A DNA stretch of 64,000 bases from a virus (lineage: Duplodnaviria > Caudoviricetes): IMG/VR virus record IMGVR_UViG_3300030613_000008, positions 1-64,000 of that record; one strand, 5' to 3'. The notes under the pieces are model-generated. The model ran no database searches. It was not told the origin of the DNA and saw only the letters and a program-made list of their open reading frames with translations. Each line of letters starts with the position of its first letter. The stretch's first letter is position 1. The translations under genes and the position numbers were made by a program. Positions 37,731-46,594 of this stretch are shown here, piece by piece.

Positions 37731-38117
37731 ATGAGCGATGAAGAAGGACGGTTTGGAGTTGGGTTGGCGATGCCGTTTGGCTTTGCGTCCACCGACTTGA
37801 AGCAGGCGACCGGGACGCGATTGCTTGAGATGGACCTCACCTTGGAGGTCGGCACGAAGCGCGGGGAACTCCCATGGGACATGCACCGGGGCTCGCGCTT
37901 GCACTTGCTCAAGCACACGAAAGTAGGGAAAACGGCGCGCTCCGCGCTGGCCGGACACCTCGTGCAAGAGGCGCTTGTATTTGACAAGCGGATACGAGTT
38001 GGAGCAACCGAGGCCACCGGAACAGGTGGTGAGTTGCAGGTATCGACGGCATACGCGGAGCGTCGGTACAATGGAAGCGGCGGCGAGGGGAGAATTGATT
38101 ACGAGGTGCCCGCGTGA
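37731..38117 (+). CDS. gp25/gpW-like baseplate wedge
   Basis: GLAMPF...GELPW...GSRLHLL...EAL..DKRI. Confidence 0.75.
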   Translation: MSDEEGRFGVGLAMPFGFASTDLKQATGTRLLEMDLTLEVGTKRGELPWDMHRGSRLHLLKHTKVGKTARSALAGHLVQEALVFDKRIRVGATEATGTGGELQVSTAYAERRYNGSGGEGRIDYEVPA

Positions 38118-39622
38118 CATTCGAGGCCGAAACCTACGATTACACGGGACGCGACCAGGCGGCGCTTGACGCTCGTCTTCAAAGTCTGTTTCTGTCCGTG
38201 TTCCCGACGTGGACCGAGGTGACATCGCGCAACATGGCGAACGTCATTCGCAGCGGGTCGGCTTGGACCAGTTCCGTCAACGACTACTACATGACGCGCA
38301 AGGCGCGTGGTGCCTACGTCCCGACGGCGACAGAGCGACGGGACATGATAGCGTTGGGGAAGCGGCAGAGTTACGAGATGTCCGGGGCGCAGGCCGCGAC
38401 GTGTGATTTGACCGTGGCCTTGCTCAACGGGCCGCTCGCTGGCGACGTGACGTTCGCTATCGGCGACAAGGTGCAAACCGAGGACGTCGTCAACCCTGTC
38501 ATCGGCGAAGTGCAAGCGACGGTCATCATGGCGGCGGGAGCTACCACGGCAACACTTTCGTGGCGACACTGCCAATCGAAAACGCAGACGTACACCGCGA
38601 CCATCAACGCCGGGCAAGAAGTCTACCTCTCGGACGGACCGTATCTCGAAGATTCCGTAGCGTTCTCGACTGGCCTTGGCGCGTGGACCGAAGTCGATTC
38701 ACTCGCGCTGTCCGGCCCGACCGATCGTCACTTCGAGGTGCTTGTAGACCAGAACGACCGCGCAACTGTGCGGTTTGGCGACGGCGTCAACGGCGCGGTT
38801 CCCACCGGAACGTTCACCATCAACTACAAGACGGGCGGCGGGGCGTCCGGCAACGCGGCCGTGAACACCGTCAAGAAATTCGGGAAGACCTACGCTGATA
38901 CGTTCGGCACGCAGGCGATCGTTTCTGTAACGAACGCAGCGGCGGCATCCGGAGGACTTGCGCGCGAGACGGTCAACGCAGCTCGCCAGCAAATCCCGCT
39001 GTCGAACACGGCCCCGCGAACGACGGTCACGAGGTCCGACTTTGAGGTGCACGCGCTCGAAGTGCCGTCCGTGGCTCGCGCGCTCATGCTGTCGAGTGAC
39101 GAAGACCTCACCATCCCGGAAGAGGAAGGGCGTCTGTATGTCGTTCCGGCCGGTGGCGGCACGGCGAGCCAGGCACTTCTCGACGCAGTAGAAACGATGG
39201 TCACGGTCACCTACCCGATGCTCACTAACTACAGCGTGCTCATCTCGACTGCGAACTACCTCACGGTGGACGTGCGCGCGGTCATCTGGATAGCGGCGAA
39301 CTACTCGGCGACGGCGGTCAAGACGGCCATCCTCGCGGCACTTGCGGCCTATTTCAATCCGCTGTCGACAGACGGCAGCGCGAATACGCTCATCGATTTC
39401 GGCTACAACTACCGCGACGCCAACGACTTGCCGTGTGGCGAGATTGCGCTGTCGGACATCTTCAACCTCGTGAGGGACATCCCCGGTGTGCGGAAAATCG
39501 GCACGGGGCTCGACGACTTCACGCTGAACGGCGCGCACTCGGACCCGCCGATCTCCAACTGGCAATTTCCGGCATTGGGCTCCATTGTGCTGGTCAACGG
39601 CGCGACCGGAAACGTGATTTGA
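38114..39622 (+). CDS. Baseplate J / gp6-like wedge protein
   Basis: DYTGRD, WTE, VRFGDGVNGAVP, YKTGGG..GN, RTTVTRSDFE. Confidence 0.88.
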   Translation: MTFEAETYDYTGRDQAALDARLQSLFLSVFPTWTEVTSRNMANVIRSGSAWTSSVNDYYMTRKARGAYVPTATERRDMIALGKRQSYEMSGAQAATCDLTVALLNGPLAGDVTFAIGDKVQTEDVVNPVIGEVQATVIMAAGATTATLSWRHCQSKTQTYTATINAGQEVYLSDGPYLEDSVAFSTGLGAWTEVDSLALSGPTDRHFEVLVDQNDRATVRFGDGVNGAVPTGTFTINYKTGGGASGNAAVNTVKKFGKTYADTFGTQAIVSVTNAAAASGGLARETVNAARQQIPLSNTAPRTTVTRSDFEVHALEVPSVARALMLSSDEDLTIPEEEGRLYVVPAGGGTASQALLDAVETMVTVTYPMLTNYSVLISTANYLTVDVRAVIWIAANYSATAVKTAILAALAAYFNPLSTDGSANTLIDFGYNYRDANDLPCGEIALSDIFNLVRDIPGVRKIGTGLDDFTLNGAHSDPPISNWQFPALGSIVLVNGATGNVI

Positions 39623-39623
39623 T

Positions 39624-42368
39624 ATGGCGAACGTCGTTCTCAATCCGACCTTTGCGACCGCTGACCCGCTCGGTGAACCCGGCGAGGCGCAGCATTGGGC
39701 GCGTGTCTCGCACCAACACTATCCGGGGTTCGCGAACTTCCGGCAGCCACATTCGTTCTATGCGACCTCAGAGCGGTTTCAGTTCGAGGATGCACCGGCT
39801 CGGGTCGTTGGGACGGAGCCGTTCGAATACGGACGCGCGACGGCGGGAAGCCCGACAACGCTGACCGATTCGACGAAGAGTTGGACGGTCAACGAATGGA
39901 CGGGACATACGTTCCGCATCGTCTCGGGCACGGGGTTTGGCTATGCCTATGTCACGGTGGCAACGAACGACGCTACCACGCTGACCTATGCAGCGCAGTT
40001 GTTTACTCCCGACACGACGTCGCGCTACATCATGGACAAGCCGTTCGTCCTGCCAACGGTTCCGCAGTGGACGTTCCCGGTAGCGGCTGTCTTTGTCGCG
40101 CCGACGAACGCAATCCAGTTCAACGGCGTTGACCTGCGGTCGGCAATCCTTCCGGGTTCGAGTTTCCAGGTGGTCGGCGTCGCGCCGAACACGCAACTGG
40201 ACGGGTACTGGACCGTGGTCAGCATCGCCCTTGTCGGTGCGAATTCCGTTGTCTACGTGTCGGAGGACGTGCTCGCCATGGCACCGGGGGCGGTCGCGAA
40301 CCTCCCGCCTGTGCTCGCGTGTACGGCACACGAACACGCCTTCCAGGCAAGCGTCACGGACACGACGGCGTACCCTATAGCGCCTATCGGTGCGGGGCAG
40401 ACAATCGAGGCGCGGATAGGCCGTGGTGACATACAGGTCATCGCGTTCCTCGGTGGTGAGACGACAGCGCAGAATGTCGCGGAAGTCATCGATGAACTTC
40501 TGGTCGGCGGCGGGGCTCGCGTCACGGGTGGACAGGTGCAAGTCTACTCGGATGCTCGCGGCCCGACGTCGTTCGTTCAGGTTGAACCCATCACGGCGGG
40601 GCTCACGTTCGACCTTCACGAGTCGCGCGGATACGGGCAGTGGGCTCAAATGTGGTCGCTGTATTTCGCCAACGCGGCGGACGCCACGACGGCCGAAATA
40701 GCGGACGTTCTCGGTGAGCACTGGCACCACGTGCGGGTCCGATATCCGGGCGGCGCGGCCGGTGACGCGGTGCATGTTGAGACGGAGCGTAAGGGCGCAA
40801 CGGCTACGCTGTTCATCGATGACGCGGTGGGAGGGTTTCACGACGCGGCGAATTGGGCGGTAATTGTGGACCGGGTGACCGGGATAAATGACGAATTGTG
40901 GTTTGATGTAAATGGTTCTCCGGTAACGGTTACTCTGCCCCCGGGACTAACCACTCCCGAATTCACATCCGGTGCGATTATGGCTAGATTTGCATCGGTT
41001 AGTTTCGACGCCACCTCTTCCTACAGTTCCGACCGCGTCTACGTCGACAGCCGCGTGGCGTTGGTCTGTACGGGGGGAACGGCCAACGCGGACATCGGAT
41101 TCCCCACGACGTTCACCGCTTACGGCGGCGGGACGGCGGCGCGGGTCATCGGATTCGCTGGCGCGACGGCAGTTGGTGTTGACGACGTCGGTTGGTTCTC
41201 TGATTTCAGCGACGTGACGAGCGTATTCGCGCTGTTCTCGGCGGATTCCCCGGCCGCGCTGAACGCCGACACGTTCGCGTGGTCCGAGATTTACGCGACG
41301 ATGGACGCGGTGACTAACTACTACGCGCCGTTCGCGAGTTTCTACGAGGTTGGCACGGCGACGGGTGGAAGTCCGACCACGCTGGTTGACACGAGGCGGG
41401 ATTGGGCCGTTGACGAGTTGGCGGGGCTGACCTTCCAAGTCGTTTCCGGCACGGGGTCTACGTTCGGCGCGGTCACGATTGTCTCGAACACGTCCGATAC
41501 GCTTGTGTACGTCGCTCCCGGATTTACTGCGGACGCGACGACACACTACCGAATAGACGGCGCGTGGACGGTGCTCGCGGATTCCTTCGACCAGGCGTGG
41601 TCGAACGAATGGCTCGCGACCTACAACCCGTTCACTCCGGTTGCGGGCGCGTGGAAACCGCCGGGCATGACGCCGTCGGCGCAGATTGTCGGGCGCGAGT
41701 TGACGTTCCCGCTGACCGTGCGGAGCAACGCAAACAAACTGACCATCCGCAGCGAGACGGATAATACGTGGTATACGTTGAGTGTCACGACCGGCATCTA
41801 CGCAACGATCACCGCACTTGTCACGGCGTTGAACCATCCGGCGACCGGGCTTCCTTCCACTGGCATCACCGACGACGTAATTTTCGGCCACGACGGCAAC
41901 GTGTTGACACTCGGCTGGGACGGCACGGCGAACGCGGACGGGGCGCTTCACCTGGCGAGCGGGATTGGCCTTGTGGCGGGCGCGGACGTGCGGGCCACCT
42001 TGGGGCTATGGCCTCTCGCCTCGGACACTGGCGCGTCGTCTGTGGCCGTTCCCGGTGGGTTCTACGACGGCGACCCGGTTGGAACGTGGGACGCCAACAA
42101 TCAGTACGGGGTGGACCCGTTCTCCCGGTTGGTGTTCGACACGGTGCAAGACCCGGACTTGGCGACGTGGCAGCCGCAGATAAACGGCGACCTCGCGGCG
42201 CTGTTCAACACCACGAAGCCGTCGCCTGATTCCTACGCCGAGCGGTTTGCGTTCCCGAATTGGTACGGGGCGTATGTGACGCCGGGTGGCGGTCATTTGT
42301 GGGCGGTAGCGATGTTCGATTCGCTGATTGTCCCGCAAGATGCAGAAGATTTCGAAGAGGGATGGTGA
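39624..42368 (+). CDS. Large multi-module baseplate/tail protein
   Basis: Mosaic of repeated small domains; ends AEDFEEGW. Confidence 0.65.
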   Translation: MANVVLNPTFATADPLGEPGEAQHWARVSHQHYPGFANFRQPHSFYATSERFQFEDAPARVVGTEPFEYGRATAGSPTTLTDSTKSWTVNEWTGHTFRIVSGTGFGYAYVTVATNDATTLTYAAQLFTPDTTSRYIMDKPFVLPTVPQWTFPVAAVFVAPTNAIQFNGVDLRSAILPGSSFQVVGVAPNTQLDGYWTVVSIALVGANSVVYVSEDVLAMAPGAVANLPPVLACTAHEHAFQASVTDTTAYPIAPIGAGQTIEARIGRGDIQVIAFLGGETTAQNVAEVIDELLVGGGARVTGGQVQVYSDARGPTSFVQVEPITAGLTFDLHESRGYGQWAQMWSLYFANAADATTAEIADVLGEHWHHVRVRYPGGAAGDAVHVETERKGATATLFIDDAVGGFHDAANWAVIVDRVTGINDELWFDVNGSPVTVTLPPGLTTPEFTSGAIMARFASVSFDATSSYSSDRVYVDSRVALVCTGGTANADIGFPTTFTAYGGGTAARVIGFAGATAVGVDDVGWFSDFSDVTSVFALFSADSPAALNADTFAWSEIYATMDAVTNYYAPFASFYEVGTATGGSPTTLVDTRRDWAVDELAGLTFQVVSGTGSTFGAVTIVSNTSDTLVYVAPGFTADATTHYRIDGAWTVLADSFDQAWSNEWLATYNPFTPVAGAWKPPGMTPSAQIVGRELTFPLTVRSNANKLTIRSETDNTWYTLSVTTGIYATITALVTALNHPATGLPSTGITDDVIFGHDGNVLTLGWDGTANADGALHLASGIGLVAGADVRATLGLWPLASDTGASSVAVPGGFYDGDPVGTWDANNQYGVDPFSRLVFDTVQDPDLATWQPQINGDLAALFNTTKPSPDSYAERFAFPNWYGAYVTPGGGHLWAVAMFDSLIVPQDAEDFEEGW

Positions 42369-42371
42369 TTC

Positions 42372-43079
42372 ATGGCTGATGCAGATTGGGCCGCACTGGA
42401 TAATCAACTCGGGTTTGCGGACGTCGCACAGGATACGACCGCCGGGGTCACGCCTCCCAACGGTGGCGGGACGCACGTCTACGCCTTCAACTGTCTCGAC
42501 GGGACGGTGACCGGGGCGGCCGGGAAATACTGCCTCATCGGAAACTACTCGCCGACGGTGAGCGGGGCGTGGATTGCCGGGGCTGTCAAGCGCCTGTCGA
42601 GCGCACAAAACACGGGGTTCTCCCCGTTCCTTTACGTCGCGGCCACCGGGCACGACACCGCCGACAACGGCTATCTCCTCGGTTTGGAGGACGCGGACCC
42701 ATACCGGATTGTGCTCCGCAAGGGGACAATCATCGGCGGGATTCCCGTTGCGGCCGATGGGGAATATCTGCGGCGGTCGTCGGCGCAGTACCAGATTTCC
42801 GACGATCTCTGGCATCACCTCGCGGTCGAAGCGGTTGAGCAGCCGAACGGCGAAATCTACCTGAACTGTTGGGAGTCGGACCTCGTAGCGCACGCGGTTA
42901 CGTCCCCGGTGTGGGTTGCCATCCCCGGCATGACGCAGTTCATCGATGACGCGGTGGGCATCAACTCGGGAACGTTGCCGTTGAGCGGAGGCGGGTACTG
43001 CGGCTATGCGATGGCGGTTGCCGAGGCGATTGGAACGCGAGCGGCGTTCGACCACATACAGATTCGGCGACAGGTCTGA
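42372..43079 (+). CDS. Lectin/ConA-like baseplate protein
   Basis: Beta-sandwich pattern, WHHLAV, FDHIQI. Confidence 0.55.
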   Translation: MADADWAALDNQLGFADVAQDTTAGVTPPNGGGTHVYAFNCLDGTVTGAAGKYCLIGNYSPTVSGAWIAGAVKRLSSAQNTGFSPFLYVAATGHDTADNGYLLGLEDADPYRIVLRKGTIIGGIPVAADGEYLRRSSAQYQISDDLWHHLAVEAVEQPNGEIYLNCWESDLVAHAVTSPVWVAIPGMTQFIDDAVGINSGTLPLSGGGYCGYAMAVAEAIGTRAAFDHIQIRRQV

Positions 43080-44233
43080 TGTCGAGCGCGCCGACACTTC
43101 CGGGTCCGGCTCCGGCGGCTACGTCCCTGGTCCGAGCGGACGGGACGTGGTTCGATGCGGGTGTCGGCACGTTGTGCGGGCGCATCTCGGCGGCGGGGTA
43201 CGTGCTCGGGCTGTCGTCAAGCGTGGACCGCCCGACGTTGTACCCCGGAGACTACATCGAAAACACGCAGGTTGTGGACCTAACCGGGCAAGACCTCGTG
43301 GTGATGGCGGCGGAGATGACCGGCCTCGTAGTGCCGACGGGTATCGAGATGCCGGGCTACACGACCGGCACGGACGCGCTTTTGCACTACCGCATGGACG
43401 AGGTGAGCGGCGGGGCGCGCGATGAAGTCGATTGGCAACACGACTTGCGGATGGTGGACGGCCTCGTGTCGCCATCGGTGCCGACGTACAATCTCGGATA
43501 CGGGCTCGCGCGCACGTGGGGTGCGGGTGCGGGCGCGATGGCTGGCGAGGCAAGTCCGCTCGTCATCCCGGCCGCTGGTCTGCCGTCGTACACCGTGGAT
43601 TGGTGGCAGAACTTCGCTGTCGACTCCATCGTGACGAGCAACGGAGTGAGCCCGAACGTATTTCAGTTGCGGTCCGTGACGGCGGGTGGATTGCGGATTC
43701 TGTGGGGTGGGCTCGCGGGTATGGGTGCGCATACGTGGCGGCTCTACATCGAGCACTGGAAGGGTGGGGTCTACTCGTCTCAGAACCTCATCGCCACGGC
43801 GCGAGCGGCGAATCAGGGTAACGAGTTCTTCTCGGTGGCGTTTGACGATACGACGATGGCGGCGCGGGTTTACATCAACGGCGTGTTGGTCGCGACCACC
43901 GGGGCGTTCGCCGTGCATCCTGGCCAGCCTCTTCTCGGCGCTCGTGTCCAGATTGGCGACCCGCTGTACCGAGGCGTCATCGATGACGTGAGGCTGTCGA
44001 ACACGAACCACAACCTCGCAACGCATCAAGCGGCCTACGCGACGCGGCTGAACGCGCCGTCCGTCTACGCCGTGAGTTGGTGGTTGCATATCAACGTGGA
44101 CGGCGAGCACTACGCGAGTTGCAAAATCACGGCAGACGCGAGCGGACGCCCGGCGTATCTGCAAGCCCCTTCGTTTCACCTCCCGGGCGTCCACACAATC
44201 GCAGCGCGGCTTGAACTAGGACTCGGTGCATGA
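43079..44233 (+). CDS. LamG/ConA-like domain tail protein
   Basis: LLHYRMDE...YTVDWW...VYINGVL...YRGVIDDVRLS. Confidence 0.75.
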   Translation: MSSAPTLPGPAPAATSLVRADGTWFDAGVGTLCGRISAAGYVLGLSSSVDRPTLYPGDYIENTQVVDLTGQDLVVMAAEMTGLVVPTGIEMPGYTTGTDALLHYRMDEVSGGARDEVDWQHDLRMVDGLVSPSVPTYNLGYGLARTWGAGAGAMAGEASPLVIPAAGLPSYTVDWWQNFAVDSIVTSNGVSPNVFQLRSVTAGGLRILWGGLAGMGAHTWRLYIEHWKGGVYSSQNLIATARAANQGNEFFSVAFDDTTMAARVYINGVLVATTGAFAVHPGQPLLGARVQIGDPLYRGVIDDVRLSNTNHNLATHQAAYATRLNAPSVYAVSWWLHINVDGEHYASCKITADASGRPAYLQAPSFHLPGVHTIAARLELGLGA

Positions 44234-46581
44234 CGGTTCACGCGCACATCCCGGCGGCGTTGCTCGAAAGCGTCGAGAGCGAAGACGTCACGTTCCCGAT
44301 TGTCCTCGTGATAGCGAACCCCGGCGAGGACGCGGTTGACGTCGCGACTGACACCCATCCGATGTTGCGAATCGCGCACATCTGGGCTGACCCGACCGTC
44401 GCACCGGCCCCATATTTCACCGTGGCAATCGAGGCGAATGTCGGTGGCACGGGGTGGGTAACGGCATACACGACGGCGGGTGGGTTCTTCGCTCCCTGGA
44501 ACGGAGCGGCAAGTGCGGTGTCGTACCACGCGGTGACGTCGCCGTACGTGTTCACCGAGGTGGTGTTCGAATACGCGGGCGGCATCATGCCGCACGATTC
44601 GACGGTATCGTTCCGCGTCACGGTCACGAGTCCGATTATCGGGTGGGGTCACTTCCCGTGGGGCCACATGCCGTGGGGCCATGTGACGGGGACGTCCACC
44701 TCGATGATTGTGACCTACACGTTCGGCACGGCAGACGAGGAAGCTCCGCAACTGTTGAGCGCCGTGGCGGTCGTCAACGACGTGGTGCGCCTTGTGTTCG
44801 ACGATACCATGCGGGTGTCGACACCGGACGGCAGGGCGAGCGTCACGACGGTTACGGACGAAACCGCGTGGGGCGCGTTGTCTGTACCGGGAACTCTCAT
44901 CGTCTCGGTGGACGGCGGCGCGGTGACGACCTACACGGTGGACGCGACGATGCTGTCCCTGGTCTACCCCGTGACGGCGGTAGACATTGCAAACCTTCTC
45001 CCGTCCCTGATAGACGGAATATCAGCGCACGCCAACGACGATGGCAAGGTGTCGCTCTACAGCGAGACGATCGGCGACGCGGCGACGTTGCAGGTTACGG
45101 GCGGGACGATGAACGCCGTGCTTCAATTCCCGACCGCGCTGGTCACGGGGAACGATTCGTCGGCGCTGTCGGCGAGCAACTACACCATCGCGCGGAACAA
45201 CGTGTATCCGGCCGTTGCGGTGCATCTGACTCCGCAGTCGGTGGAAGCGGTGGACACGGCGCTCACGACGTTCGACCTCGCGGTCCAGTGGCCGATGACC
45301 CCGCAAGCTCCCTACGAAATCACGGTGGCGGCGGACGTCACGGACCACGCGGGGAACGCCATCGACGCGACGGCGGACTCCGCGACGTTCGCGGGATTCC
45401 AGCCTCCCGTCCCGGCTGGGCGCGTGACGAAGTTCCCGGTGCCTCAAGCGGCCTACGACGTGGACGATACGCAGGAATTGCGGGCGTTCATCAACGCGCT
45501 GGAAGAGGTCTGGAACCTGCAACTGACCGACATTGATAACCTGTCGGACGTGTGGGACCCGGATGTCGTTGACGAGACGCGGCTTGATTTGCACCTCAAA
45601 GACCAGGGCAACCCGTTCACATGGGCGGAGTTGGACTTGACCGAGGCAGAGCGCAAGAAGCTGCTTCGCGTGTTGCCCGACCTCTGCAACTACCGAGGCA
45701 CGGACCCCGGTATCGAGGCGGCGATTCTGACCTTGCTCGGTATCGAGTGCGACGTTGCGCCTGCCATGCTGGACGTGTGGACGCTTGGCGTGTCGTTGCT
45801 CGGGGACTACTACCCGGCTCAGGTCGTAGCGGCGAACCCGGAGACGTACAACCTCGCGGCGGCTGGCATGGACTTGTGGGTCATCGTCGACAACGGGCAC
45901 GCGGTAAACGCCGTGAGCACGACGGCGCAGACGTTCACGCTCGCGGGGCGCAACGCGGCGCAGTACGTCGCAACCTATCAGTTCCGCATCTACGGGTCGG
46001 CGGGAAACGACGCGCGATACACGGTCGTGTCGTCTGTCGAGTCCGGGGACGATACGGTGGTCACGGTTGTCGAAGCGATACCGAGCGCGGTGGCAGACGG
46101 TACGGCAATCCAGACCATGCAGTTCAGCAACGTCGCTGGAGTGGATTTCGCGGTCCCGGCGGCGGCCACGGCAGACGAAGTGGCGGACGCCATCGCGGCG
46201 GACATCTACGGCGGCGCGGCCACCGGGCTGAACCCCGGCGGCGGGAACACCGTGGCGATTGCTTCGATGAATCCGAGCGGCACGATTCAAGTGGTCGGCG
46301 GAACGGCAAACGTCGCGCTGGCATTTGACGTTGCAATTCATTCGTCGACAGGCGGTTGCGTGCTCGGTCCCGGCACGGCACGCGAGCGGCACACCTTTGA
46401 CCTCGTTGTAGCCGGTGCGTTACCATCGGCACAGGAGGAGGTCTTGATGCGTCGCATCGCCAATTGGGCCAAGCCGGTCAACACACACCTCGGTCGCATT
46501 CGCACGGCGTATGTGGTCGAGGACGATGGCATCTGGCGACTCGGACGCAGCCGACTCGGCGCGGACACCGTGCTCGGGTAA
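44230..46581 (+). CDS. Baseplate wedge / tail protein I (P2 gpI-like) with Ig-like and QVTGGTAN insertions
   Basis: DPD...LDLHLKDQG...YRGTDPGIEAAI...AKPVNTH. Confidence 0.78.
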   Translation: MTVHAHIPAALLESVESEDVTFPIVLVIANPGEDAVDVATDTHPMLRIAHIWADPTVAPAPYFTVAIEANVGGTGWVTAYTTAGGFFAPWNGAASAVSYHAVTSPYVFTEVVFEYAGGIMPHDSTVSFRVTVTSPIIGWGHFPWGHMPWGHVTGTSTSMIVTYTFGTADEEAPQLLSAVAVVNDVVRLVFDDTMRVSTPDGRASVTTVTDETAWGALSVPGTLIVSVDGGAVTTYTVDATMLSLVYPVTAVDIANLLPSLIDGISAHANDDGKVSLYSETIGDAATLQVTGGTMNAVLQFPTALVTGNDSSALSASNYTIARNNVYPAVAVHLTPQSVEAVDTALTTFDLAVQWPMTPQAPYEITVAADVTDHAGNAIDATADSATFAGFQPPVPAGRVTKFPVPQAAYDVDDTQELRAFINALEEVWNLQLTDIDNLSDVWDPDVVDETRLDLHLKDQGNPFTWAELDLTEAERKKLLRVLPDLCNYRGTDPGIEAAILTLLGIECDVAPAMLDVWTLGVSLLGDYYPAQVVAANPETYNLAAAGMDLWVIVDNGHAVNAVSTTAQTFTLAGRNAAQYVATYQFRIYGSAGNDARYTVVSSVESGDDTVVTVVEAIPSAVADGTAIQTMQFSNVAGVDFAVPAAATADEVADAIAADIYGGAATGLNPGGGNTVAIASMNPSGTIQVVGGTANVALAFDVAIHSSTGGCVLGPGTARERHTFDLVVAGALPSAQEEVLMRRIANWAKPVNTHLGRIRTAYVVEDDGIWRLGRSRLGADTVLG

Positions 46582-46594
46582 GGGGAAAACAGAG

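Noticed and set aside
27606-39622. Stand-alone eCIS or tailocin
   Set aside because: Terminase, portal, capsid and replication genes are contiguous with it, so it is a phage tail.
44641-44682. GWGHFPWGHMPWGH triple repeat
   Set aside because: It is a short aromatic-Gly motif of a kind common in baseplate proteins, with no sign of a DNA-level function.
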